From positions 1 to 64,000 of the forward strand of contig OZ059899.1 in assembly GCA_964057225.1 (NCBI GenBank): 64,000 bases of DNA. The letters are read 5' to 3'. Shown here in pieces: positions 1-12,100 of the stretch. Position 1 is the first letter of the stretch. The number at the start of each line of letters is the position of its first letter. The notes under the pieces were generated by a model that saw only the letters and a list, made by a program, of their open reading frames with translations, had not been told where the DNA came from and made no database searches. The DNA comes from Auanema rhodensis (taxonomy: Eukaryota; Animalia; Nematoda). The translations under genes were made by a program, and so were the position numbers.

Positions 1-3
1 TCT

Positions 4-13
4 TTCACGTGAA
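4..13. other. Perfect 10-bp palindrome TTCACGTGAA with E-box/G-box core; recurs in most monomers
   Basis: Self-reverse-complementary. CACGTG is the canonical bHLH E-box. No function is shown. Confidence 0.85.
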
Positions 14-86
14 GCGAGTTACATACCAAGTGCACATCACGTGTACATTTAATTAGCATAAATTAAAGTTCACGTAAATTTCAAAG

Positions 87-101
87 TCATGGTTACCATG
101 A
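87..101. other. Interrupted palindrome TCATGGT-T-ACCATGA (7-bp arms, contains BstEII site GGTNACC); recurs in each monomer
   Basis: Reverse complement is TCATGGTAACCATGA, differing only at the central base. The C allele at monomer position 101 shortens the arms to 6 bp. Confidence 0.85.
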
Positions 102-3100
102 ACCAATATCAATAAAAATTTGTTTTTAGACTAATATGGACATGTGGAATCTAATTTTGAAAACCGCATCTCTTTATCTTTCACGTGAAGCGAGTTACAT
201 ACCAAGTGCACATCACGTGTACATTTAATTAGCAAAATTAAAGTTCACGTAAATTTCAAAGTCATGGTTACCATGAAACCAATATCAATAAAAATTTGTT
301 TTTAGACTAGTATGGACATGGGGAATCTAATTTTGAAAACCGCATCTCTTTATCTTTCACGTGAAGCGAGTTACATACCAAGTGCACATCACGTGTACAT
401 TTAATTAGCATAAATTAAAGTTCACGTAAATTTCAAAGTCATGGTTACCATGAAGCCAATATCAATAAAAATTTGTTTTTAGACTAATATGGACATGTGG
501 AATCTAATTTTGAAAACCGCATCTCTTTATCTTTCACGTGAAGCGAGTTACATACCAAGTGCACATCACGTGTACATTTAATTAGCATAAATTAAAGTTC
601 ACGTAAATTTCAAAGTCATGGTTACCATGAACCAATATCAATAAAAATTTGTTTTTAGACTAATATGGACATGGGAATCTAATTTGAAAACCGCATCTCT
701 TTATCTTTCACGTGAAGCGAGTTACATACCAAGTGCACATCACGTGTACATTTAATTAGCATAAATTAAAGTTCACGTAAATTTCAAAGTCATGGTTACC
801 ATGAACCAATATCAATAAAAATTTGTTTTTAGACTAATATGGACATGGGGAATCTAATTTTGAAAACCGCATCTCTTTATCTTTCACGTGAAGCGAGTTA
901 CATACCAAGTGCACATCACGTGTACATTTAATTAGCATAAATTAAAGTTCACGTAAATTTCAAAGTCATGGTTACCATGAACCAATATCAATAAAAATTT
1001 GTTTTTAGACTAATATGGACATGGGGAATCTAATTTTGAAAACCGCATCTCTTTATCTTTCACGTGAAGCGAGTTACATACCAAGTGCACATCACGTGTA
1101 CATTTAATTAGCATAAATTAAAGTTCACGTAAATTTCAAAGTCATGGTTACCATGAACCAATATCAATAAAAATTTGTTTTTAGACTAATATGGACATGG
1201 GGAATCTAATTTTGAAAACCGCATCTCTTTATCTTTCACGTGAAGCGAGTTACATACCAAGTGCACATCACGTGTACATTAATTAGCATAAATTAAAGTT
1301 CACGTAAATTTCAAAGTCATGGTTACCATGAACCAATATCAATAAAAATTTGTTTTTAGACTAATATGGACATGGGGAATCTAATTTTGAAAACCGCATC
1401 TCTTTATCTTTCACGTGAAGCGAGTTACATACCAAGTGCACATCACGTGTACATTTAATTAGCATAAATTAAAGTTCACGTAAATTTCAAAGTCATGGTT
1501 ACCATGAACCAATATCAATAAAAATTTGTTTTTAGACTAATATGGACATGGGGAATCTAATTTGAAAACCGCATCTCTTTATCTTTCACGTGAAGCGAGT
1601 TACATACCAAGTGCACATCACGTGTACATTTAATTAGCATAAATTAAAGTTCACGTAAATTTCAAAGTCATGGTTACCATGAACCAATATCAATAAAAAT
1701 TTGTTTTTAGACTAATATGGACATGGGGAATCTAATTTTGAAAACCGCATCTCTTTATCTTTCACGTGAAGCGAGTTACATACCAAGTGCACATCACGTG
1801 TACATTTAATTAGCATAAATTAAAGTTCACGTAAATTTCAAAGTCATGGTTACCATGAACCAATATCAATAAAAATTTGTTTTTAGACTAATATGGACAT
1901 GGGGAATCTAATTTTGAAAACCGCATCTCTTTATCTTTCACGTGAAGCGAGTTACATACCAAGTGCACATCACGTGTACATTTAATTAGCATAAATTAAA
2001 GTTCACGTAAATTTCAAAGTCATGGTTACCATGAACCAATATCAATAAAAATTTGTTTTTAGACTAATATGGACATGGGGAATCTAATTTGAAAACCGCA
2101 TCTCTTTATCTTTCACGTGAAGCGAGTTACATACCAAGTGCACATCACGTGTACATTTAATTAGCATAAATTAAAGTTCACGTAAATTTCAAAGTCATGG
2201 TTACCATGAACCAATATCAATAAAATTTGTTTTTAGACTAATATGGACATGGGGAATCTAATTTGAAAACCGCATCTCTTTATCTTTCACGTGAAGCGAG
2301 TTACATACCAAGTGCACATCACGTGTACATTTAATTAGCATAAATTAAAGTTCACGTAAATTTCAAAGTCATGGTTACCATGAACCAATATCAATAAAAA
2401 TTTGTTTTTAGACTAATATGGACATGGGGAATCTAATTTTGAAAACCGCATCTCTTTATCTTTCACGTGAAGCGAGTTACATACCAAGTGCACATCACGT
2501 GTACATTTAATTAGCATAAATTAAAGTTCACGTAAATTTCAAAGTCATGGTTACCATGAACCAATATCAATAAAAATTTGTTTTTAGACTAATATGGACA
2601 TGGGGAATCTAATTTTGAAAACCGCATCTCTTTATCTTTCACGTGAAGCGAGTTACATACCAAGTGCACATCACGTGTACATTTAATTAGCATAAATTAA
2701 AGTTCACGTAAATTTCAAAGTCATGGTTACCATGAACCAATATCAATAAAAATTTGTTTTTTAGACTAATATGGACATGGGGAATCTAATTTTGAAAACC
2801 GCATCTCTTTATCTTTCACGTGAAGCGAGTTACATACCAAGTGCACATCACGTGTACATTTAATTAGCATAAATTAAAGTTCACGTAAATTTCAAAGTCA
2901 TGGTTACCATGAACCAATATCAATAAAAATTTGTTTTTAGACTAATATGGACATGGGGAATCTAATTTTGAAAACCGCATCTCTTTATCTTTCACGTGAA
3001 GCGAGTTACATACCAAGTGCACATCACGTGTACATTTAATTAGCATAAATTAAAGTTCACGTAAATTTCAAAGTCATGGTTACCATGAACCAATATCAAT

Positions 3101-6100
3101 AAAAATTTGTTTTTAGACTAATATGGACATGGGAATCTAATTTTGAAAACCGCATCTCTTTATCTTTCACGTGAAGCGAGTTACATACCAAGTGCACATC
3201 ACGTGTACATTTAATTAGCATAAATTAAAGTTCACGTAAATTTCAAAGTCATGGTTACCATGAACCAATATCAATAAAAATTTGTTTTAGACTAATATGG
3301 ACATGGGGAATCTAATTTTGAAAACCGCATCTCTTTATCTTTCACGTGAAGCGAGTTACATACCAAGTGCACATCACGTGTACATTTAATTAGCATAAAT
3401 TAAAGTTCACGTAAATTTCAAAGTCATGGTTACCATGAACCAATATCAATAAAAATTTGTTTTTAGACTAATATGGACATGGGGAATCTAATTTTGAAAA
3501 CCGCATCTCTTTATCTTTCACGTGAAGCGAGGTACATACCAAGTGCACATCACGTGTACATTTAATTAGCATAAATTAAAGTTCACGTAAATTTCAAAGT
3601 CATGGTTACCATGAACCAATATCAATAAAAATTTGTTTTTAGACTAATATGGACATGGGGAATCTAATTTTGAAAACCGCATCTCTTTATCTTTCACGTG
3701 AAGCGAGTTACATACCAAGTGCACATCACGTGTACATTTAATTAGCATAAATTAAAGTTCACGTAAATTTCAAAGTCATGGTTACCATGAACCAATATCA
3801 ATAAAAATTTGTTTTTAGACTAATATGGACATGGGGAATCTAATTTTGAAAACCGCATCTCTTTATATTTCACGTGAAGCGAGTTACATACCAAGTGCAC
3901 ATCACGTGTACATTTAATTAGCAGAAATTAAAGTTCACGTAAATTTCAAAGTCATGGTTACCATGAACCAATATCAATAAAAATTTGTTTTTAGAATAAT
4001 ATGGACATGGGAATCTAATTTTGAAAACCGCATCTCTTTATCTTTCACGTGAAGCGAGTTACATACCAAGTGCACATCACGTGTACATTTAATTAGCATA
4101 AATTAAAGTTCACGTAAATTTCAAAGTCATGGTTACCATGAACCAATATCAATAAAAATTTGTTTTTAGACTAATATGGACATGGGGAATCTAATTTTGA
4201 AAACCGCATCTCTTTATCTTTCACGTGAAGCGAGTTACATACCAAGTGCACATCACGTGTACATTTAATTAGCATAAACTAAAGTTCACGTAAATTCAAA
4301 GTCATGGTTACCATGAACCAATATCAATAAAAATTTGTTTTTAGACTAATATGGACATGGGGAATCTAATTTTGAAAACCGCATCTCTTTATCTTTCACG
4401 TGAAGCGAGTTACATACCAAGTGCACATCACGTGTACATTTAATTAGCATAAATTAAAGTTCACGTAAATTTCAAAGTCATGGTTACCATGAAGCAATAT
4501 CAATAAAAATTTGTTTTTAGACTAATATGGACATGTGGAATCTAATTTTGAAAACCGCATCTCTTTATCTTTCACGTGAAGCGAGTTACATACCAAGTGC
4601 ACATCACGTTTACATTTAATTAGCATAAATTAAAGTTCACGTAAATTTCAAAGTCATGGTTACCATGAACCAATATCAATAAAAATTTGTTTTTAGACTA
4701 ATATGGACATGGGGAATCTAATTTTGAAAACCGCATCTCTTTATCTTTCACGTGAAGCGAGTTACATACCAAGTGCACATCACGTGTACATTTAATTAGC
4801 ATAAATTAAAGTTCACGTAAATTTCAAAGTCATGGTTACCATGAACCAATATCAATAAAAATTTGTTTTTAGACTAATATGGACATGGGGAATCTAATTT
4901 TGAAAACCGCATCTCTTTATCTTTCACGTGAAGCGAGTTACATACCAAGTGCACATCACGTGTACATTTAATTAGCATAAATTAAAGTTCACGTAAATTT
5001 CAAAGTCATGGTTACCATGCACCAATATCAATAAAAATTTGTTTTTAGACTAATATGGACATGGGGAATCTAATTTTGAAAACCGCATCTCTTTATCTTT
5101 CACGTGAAGCGAGTTACATACCAAGTGCACATCACGTGTACATTTAATTAGCATAAATTAAAGTTCACGTAAATTTCAAAGTCATGGTTACCATGCACCA
5201 ATATCAATAAAAATTTGTTTTTAGACTAATATGGACATGGGGAATCTAATTTTGAAAACCGCATCTCTTTATCTTTCACGTGAAGCGAGTTACATACCAA
5301 GTGCACATCACGTGTACATTTAATTAGCATAAATTAAAGTTCACGTAAATTTCAAAGTCATGGTTACCATGCACCAATATCAATAAAAATTTGTTTTTAG
5401 ACTAATATGGACATGATGAATCTAATTTTGAAAAACCGCATCTCTTTATCTTTCACGTGAAGCGAGTTACATACCAAGTGCACATCACGTGTACATTTAA
5501 TTAGCATAAATTAAAGTTCACGTAAATTTCAAAGTCATGGTTACCATGAAGCAATATCAATAAAAATTTGTTTTTAGACTAATATGGACATGTGGAATCT
5601 AATTTTGAAAACCGCATCTCTTTATCTTTCACGTGAAGCGAGTTACATACCAAGTGCACATCACGTGTACATTTAATTAGCATAAATTAAAGTTCACGTA
5701 AATTTCAAAGTCATGGTTACCATGAACCAATATCAATAAAAATTTGTTTTTAGACTAATATGGACATGGGGAATCTAATTTTGAAAACCGCATCTCTTTA
5801 TCTTTCACGTGAAGCGAGTTACATACCAAGTGCACATCACGTGTACATTTAATTAGCATAAATTAAAGTTCACGTAAATTTCAAAGTCATGGTTACCATG
5901 AACCAATATCAATAAAAATTTGTTTTTAGACTAATATGGACATGGGGAATCTAATTTGAAAACCGCATCTCTTTATCTTTCACGTGAAGCGAGTTACATA
6001 CCAAGTGCACATCACGTGTACATTTAATTAGCATAAATTAAAGTTCACGTAAATTTCAAAGTCATGGTTACCATGAAGCAATATCAATAAAAATTTGTTT

Positions 6101-9100
6101 TTAGACTAATATGGACATGTGGAATCTAATTTTGAAAACCGCATCTCTTTATCTTTCACGTGAAGCGAGTTACATACCAAGTGCACATCACGTGTACATT
6201 TAATTAGCATAAATTAAAGTTCACGTAAATTTCAAAGTCATGGTTACCATGAACCAATATCAATAAAAATTTGTTTTTAGACTAATATGGACATGGGGAA
6301 TCTAATTTTGAAAACCGCATCTCTTTATCTTTCACGTGAAGCGAGTTACATACCAAGTGCACATCACGTGTACATTTAATTAGCATAAATTAAAGTTCAC
6401 GTAAATTTCAAAGTCATGGTTACCATGAACCAATATCAATAAAAATTTGTTTTTAGACTAATATGGACATGGGGAATCTAATTTTGAAAACCGCATCTCT
6501 TTATCTTTCACGTGAAGCGAGGTACATACCAAGTGCACATCACGTGTACATTTAATTAGCATAAATTAAAGTTCACGTAAATTTCAAAGTCATGGTTACC
6601 ATGAACCAATATCAATAAAAATTTGTTTTTAGACTAATATGGACATGGGGAATCTAATTTTGAAAACCGCATCTCTTTATCTTTCACGTGAAGCGAGTTA
6701 CATACCAAGTGCACATCACGTGTACATTTAATTAGCATAAATTAAAGTTCACGTAAATTTCAAAGTCATGGTTACCATGAACCAATATCAATAAAAATTT
6801 GTTTTTAGACTAATATGGACATGGGGAATCTAATTTTGAAAACCGCATCTCTTTATCTTTCACGTGAAGCGAGTTACATACCAAGTGCACATCACGTGTA
6901 CATTTAATTAGCATAAATTAAAGTTCACGTAAATTTCAAAGTCATGGTTACCATGAACCAATATCAATAAAAATTTGTTTTTAGACTAATATGGACATGG
7001 GGAATCTAATTTTGAAAACCGCATCTCTTTATATTTCACGTGAAGCGAGTTACATACCAAGTGCACATCACGTGTACATTTAATTAGCATAAATTAAAGT
7101 TCACGTAAATTTCAAAGTCATGGTTACCATGAACCAATATCAATAAAAATTTGTTTTTAGACTAATATGGACATGGGGAATCTAATTTTGAAAACCGCAT
7201 CTCTTTATCTTTCACGTGAAGCGAGTTACATACCAAGTGCACATCACGTGTACATTTAATTAGCATAAATTAAAGTTCACGTAAATTTCAAAGTCATGGT
7301 TACCATGAACCAATATCAATAAAAATTTGTTTTTAGACTAATATGGACATGGGGAATCTAATTTTGAAAACCGCATCTCTTTATCTTTCACGTGAAGCGA
7401 GTTACATACCAAGTGCACATCACGTGTACATTTAATTAGCATAAATTAAAGTTCACGTAAATTTCAAAGTCATGGTTACCATGAAGCAATATCAATAAAA
7501 ATTTGTTTTTAGACTAATATGGACATGTGGAATCTAATTTTGAAAACCGCATCTCTTTATCTTTCACGTGAAGCGAGTTACATACCAAGTGCACATCACG
7601 TGTACATTTAATTAGCATAAATTAAAGTTCACGTAAATTTCAAAGTCATGGTTACCATGAACCAATATCAATAAAAATTTGTTTTTAGACTAATATGGAC
7701 ATGGGGAATCTAATTTTGAAAACCGCATCTCTTTATCTTTCACGTGAAGCGAGTTACATACCAAGTGCACATCACGTGTACATTTAATTAGCATAAATTA
7801 AAGTTCACGTAAATTTCAAAGTCATGGTTACCATGAACCAATATCAATAAAAATTTGTTTTTAGACTAATATGGACATGGGGAATCTAATTTTGAAAACC
7901 GCATCTCTTTATCTTTCACGTGAAGCGAGTTACATACCAAGTGCACATCACGTGTACATTTAATTAGCATAAATTAAAGTTCACGTAAATTTCAAAGTCA
8001 TGGTTACCATGAAGCAATATCAATAAAAATTTGTTTTTAGACTAATATGGACATGGGGAATCTAATTTTGAAAACCGCATCTCTTTATCTTTCACGTGAA
8101 GCGAGTTACATACCAAGTGCACATCACGTGTACATTTAATTAGCATAAATTAAAGTTCACGTAAATTTCAAAGTCATGGTTACCATGAACCAATATCAAT
8201 AAAAATTTGTTTTTAGACTAATATGGACATGGGGAATCTAATTTTGAAAACCGCATCTCTTTATCTTTCACGTGAAGCGAGGTACATACCAAGTGCACAT
8301 CACGTGTACATTTAATTAGCATAAATTAAAGTTCACGTAAATTTCAAAGTCATGGTTACCATGAACCAATATCAATAAAAATTTGTTTTTAGACTAATAT
8401 GGACATGGGGAATCTAATTTTGACAACCGCATCTCTTTATCTTTCACGTGAAGCGAGTTACATACCAAGTGCACATCACGTGTACATTTAATTAGCATAA
8501 ATTAAAGTTCACGTAAATTTCAAAGTCATGGTTACCATGAACCAATATCAATAAAAATTTGTTTTTAGATTAATATGGACATGGGGAATCTAATTTTGAA
8601 AACCGCATCTCTTTATATTTCACGTGAAGCGAGTTACATACCAAGTGCACATCACGTGTACATTTAATTAGCATAAATTAAAGTTCACGTAAATTTCAAA
8701 GTCATGGTTACCATGAACCAATATCAATAAAAATTTGTTTTTAGACTAATATGGACATGGGGAATCTAATTTTGAAAACCGCATCTCTTTATCTTTCACG
8801 TGAAGCGAGTTACATACCAAGTGCACATCACGTGTACATTTAATTAGCATAAATTAAAGTTCACGTAAATTTCAAAGTCATGGTTACCATGAACCAATAT
8901 CAATGAAAATTTGTTTTTAGACTAATATGGACATGGGGAATCTAATTTTGAAAACCGCATCTCTTTATCTTTCACGTGAAGCGAGTTACATACCAAGTGC
9001 ACATCACGTGTACATTTAATTAGCATAAATTAAAGTTCACGTAAATTTCAAAGTCATGGTTACCATGAACCAATATCAATAAAAATTTGTTTTTAGACTA

Positions 9101-9143
9101 ATATGGACATGGGGAATCTAATTTTGAAAACCGCATCTCTTTA

Positions 9144-12100
9144 TCTTTCACGTGAAGCGAGTTACATACCAAGTGCACATCACGTGTACATTTAATTAGC
9201 ATAAATTAAAGTTCACGTAAATTTCAAAGTCATGGTTACCATGAAGCAATATCAATAAAAATTTGTTTTTAGACTAATATGGACATGGGGAATCTAATTT
9301 TGAAAACCGCATCTCTTTATCTTTCACATGAAGCGAGTTACATACCAAGTGCACATCACGTGTACATTTAATTAGCATAAATTAAAGTTCACGTAAATTT
9401 CAAAGTCATGGTTACCATGAACCAATAACAATAAAAATTTGTTTTTAGACTAATATGGACATGGGGAATCTAATTTTAAAAACCGCATCTCTTTATCTTT
9501 CACGTGAAGCGAGTTACATACCAAGTGCACATCACGTTTACATTTAATTAGCATAAATTAAAGTTCACGTAAATTTCAAAGTCATGGTTACCATGAACCA
9601 ATATCAATAAAAATTTGTTTTTAGACTAATATGGACATGGGGAATCTAATTTTGAAAACCGCATCTCTTTATCTTTCACGTGAAGCGAGTTACATACCAA
9701 GTGCACATCACGTGTACATTTAATTAGCATAAATTAAAGTTCACGTAAATTTCAAAGTCATGGTTACCATGAACCAATATCAATAAAAATTTGTTTTTAG
9801 ACTAATATGGACATGGGGAATCTAATTTTGAAAACCGCATCTCTTTATCTTTCACGTGAAGCGAGTTACATACCAAGTGCACATCACGTGTACATTTAAT
9901 TAGCATAAATTAAAGTTCACGTAAATTTCAAAGTCATGGTTACCATGCACCAATATCAATAAAAATTTGTTTTTAGACTAATATGGACATGGGGAATCTA
10001 ATTTTGAAAACCGCATCTCTTTATCTTTCACGTGAAGCGAGTTACATACCAAGTGCACATCACGTGTACATTTAATTAGCATAAATTAAAGTTCACGTAA
10101 ATTTCAAAGTCATGGTTACCATGCACCAATATCAATAAAAATTTGTTTTTAGACTAATATGGACATGGGGAATCTAATTTTGAAAACCGCATCTCTTTAT
10201 CTTTCACGTGAAGCGAGTTACATACCAAGTGCACATCACGTGTACATTTAATTAGCATAAATTAAAGTTCACGTAAATTTCAAAGTCATGGTTACCATGC
10301 ACCAATATCAATAAAAATTTGTTTTTAGACTAATATGGACATGATGAATCTAATTTTGAAAACCGCATCTCTTTATCTTTCACGTGAAGCGAGTTACATA
10401 CCAAGTGCACATCACGTGTACATTTAATTAGCATAAATTAAAGTTCACGTAAATTTCAAAGTCATGGTTACCATGAACCAATATCAATAAAAATTTGTTT
10501 TTAGACTAATATGGACATGGGTAATCTAATTTTGAAAACCGCATCTCTTTATCTTTCACGTGAAGCGAGTTACATACCAAGTGCACATCACGTGTACATT
10601 TAATTAGCATAAATTAAAGTTCACGTAAATTTCAAAGTCATGGTTACCATGCACCAATATCAATAAAAATTTGTTTTTAGACTAATATGGACATGATGAA
10701 TCTAATTTTGAAAACCGCATCTCTTTATCTTTCACGTGAAGCGAGTTACATACCAAGTGCACATCACGTGTACATTTAATTAGCATAAATTAAAGTTCAC
10801 GTAAATTTCAAAGTCATGGTTACCATGAACCAATATCAATAAAAATTTGTTTTTAGACTAATATGGACATGGGTAATCTAATTTTGAAAACCGCATCTCT
10901 TTATCTTTCACGTGAAGCGAGTTACATACCAAGTGCCCATCACGTGTACATTTAATTAGCATAAATTAAAGTTCACGTAAATTTCAAAGTCATGGTTACC
11001 ATGAAGCAATATCAATAAAAATTTGTTTTTAGACTAATATGGACATGGGGAATCTAATTTTGAAAACCGCATCTCTTTATCTTTCACATGAAGCGAGTTA
11101 CATACCAAGTGCACATCACGTGTACATTTAATTAGCATAAATTAAAGTTCACGTAAATTTCAAAGTCATGGTTACCATGAACCAATATCAATAAAAATTT
11201 GTTTTTAGACTAATATGGACATGGGGAATCTAATTTTGAAAACCGCATCTCTTTATCTTTCACGTGAAGCGAGTTACATACCAAGTGCACATCACGTGTA
11301 CATTTAATTAGCATAAATTAAAGTTCACGTAAATTTCAAAGTCATGGTTACCATGCACCAATATCAATAAAAATTTGTTTTTAGACTAATATGGACATGG
11401 GGAATCTAATTTTGAAAACCGCATCTCTTTATCTTTCACGTGAAGCGAGTTACATACCAAGTGCACATCACGTGTACATTTAATTAGCATAAATTAAAGT
11501 TCACGTAAATTTCAAAGTCATGGTTACCATGAACCAATATCAATAAAAATTTGTTTTTAGACTAATATGGACATGGGGAATCTAATTTTGAAAACCGCAT
11601 CTCTTTATCTTTCACGTGAAGCGAGTTACATACCAAGTGCACATCACGTGTACATTTAATTAGCATAAATTAAAGTTCACGTAAATTTCAAAGTCATGGT
11701 TACCATGAACCAATATCAATAAAAATTTGTTTTTAGACTAATATGGACATGGGGAATCTAATTTTGAAAACCGCATCTCTTTATCTTTCACGTGAAGCGA
11801 GTTACATACCAAGTGCACATCACGTGTACATTTAATTAGCATAAATTAAAGTTCACGTAAATTTCAAAGTCATGGTTACCATGAACCAATATCAATAAAA
11901 ATTTGTTTTTAGACTAATATGGACATGGGGAATCTAATTTTGAAAACCGCATCTCTTTATCTTTCACGTGAAGCGAGTTACATACCAAGTGCACATCACG
12001 TGTACATTTAATTAGCATAAATTAAAGTTCACGTAAATTTCAAAGTCATGGTTACCATGAAGCAATATCAATAAAAATTTGTTTTTAGACTAATATGGAC

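Larger units (their letters stand above)
1..176 (+). repeat. Representative 176-bp monomer (arbitrary phase); consensus 56/176 GC (~32%), 5 CpG
   Basis: Read directly. This copy carries GTGG rather than the consensus GGGG at 144-147. Confidence 0.97.

Noticed and set aside
101-103. AAC/CAC/AAG allele order as an information-bearing code
   Set aside because: The order is adequately explained by the nested block duplications that independent linked SNVs also trace.
111-116. AATAAA polyadenylation signal in each monomer
   Set aside because: Expected by chance in 68% AT sequence with A-tracts, and there is no transcript context.
1-176. Identity with known ~176-bp satellites (Brassica CentBr, Arabidopsis CEN178, honeybee AluI family, alpha satellite)
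   Set aside because: Only the length is similar. The consensus lacks HindIII (AAGCTT) and AluI (AGCT) sites, and I recognise no sequence similarity. BLAST is needed.
1-176. Ancestral 2 x ~88-bp dimer structure (CACGTGAAGC versus CCATGAA[C/G]C; TAAATTTCAAA versus TAATTTTGAAA)
   Set aside because: Similarity is patchy, offsets are inconsistent (89 versus 77 bp) and the matches are low-complexity, so it cannot be supported without a statistical alignment.
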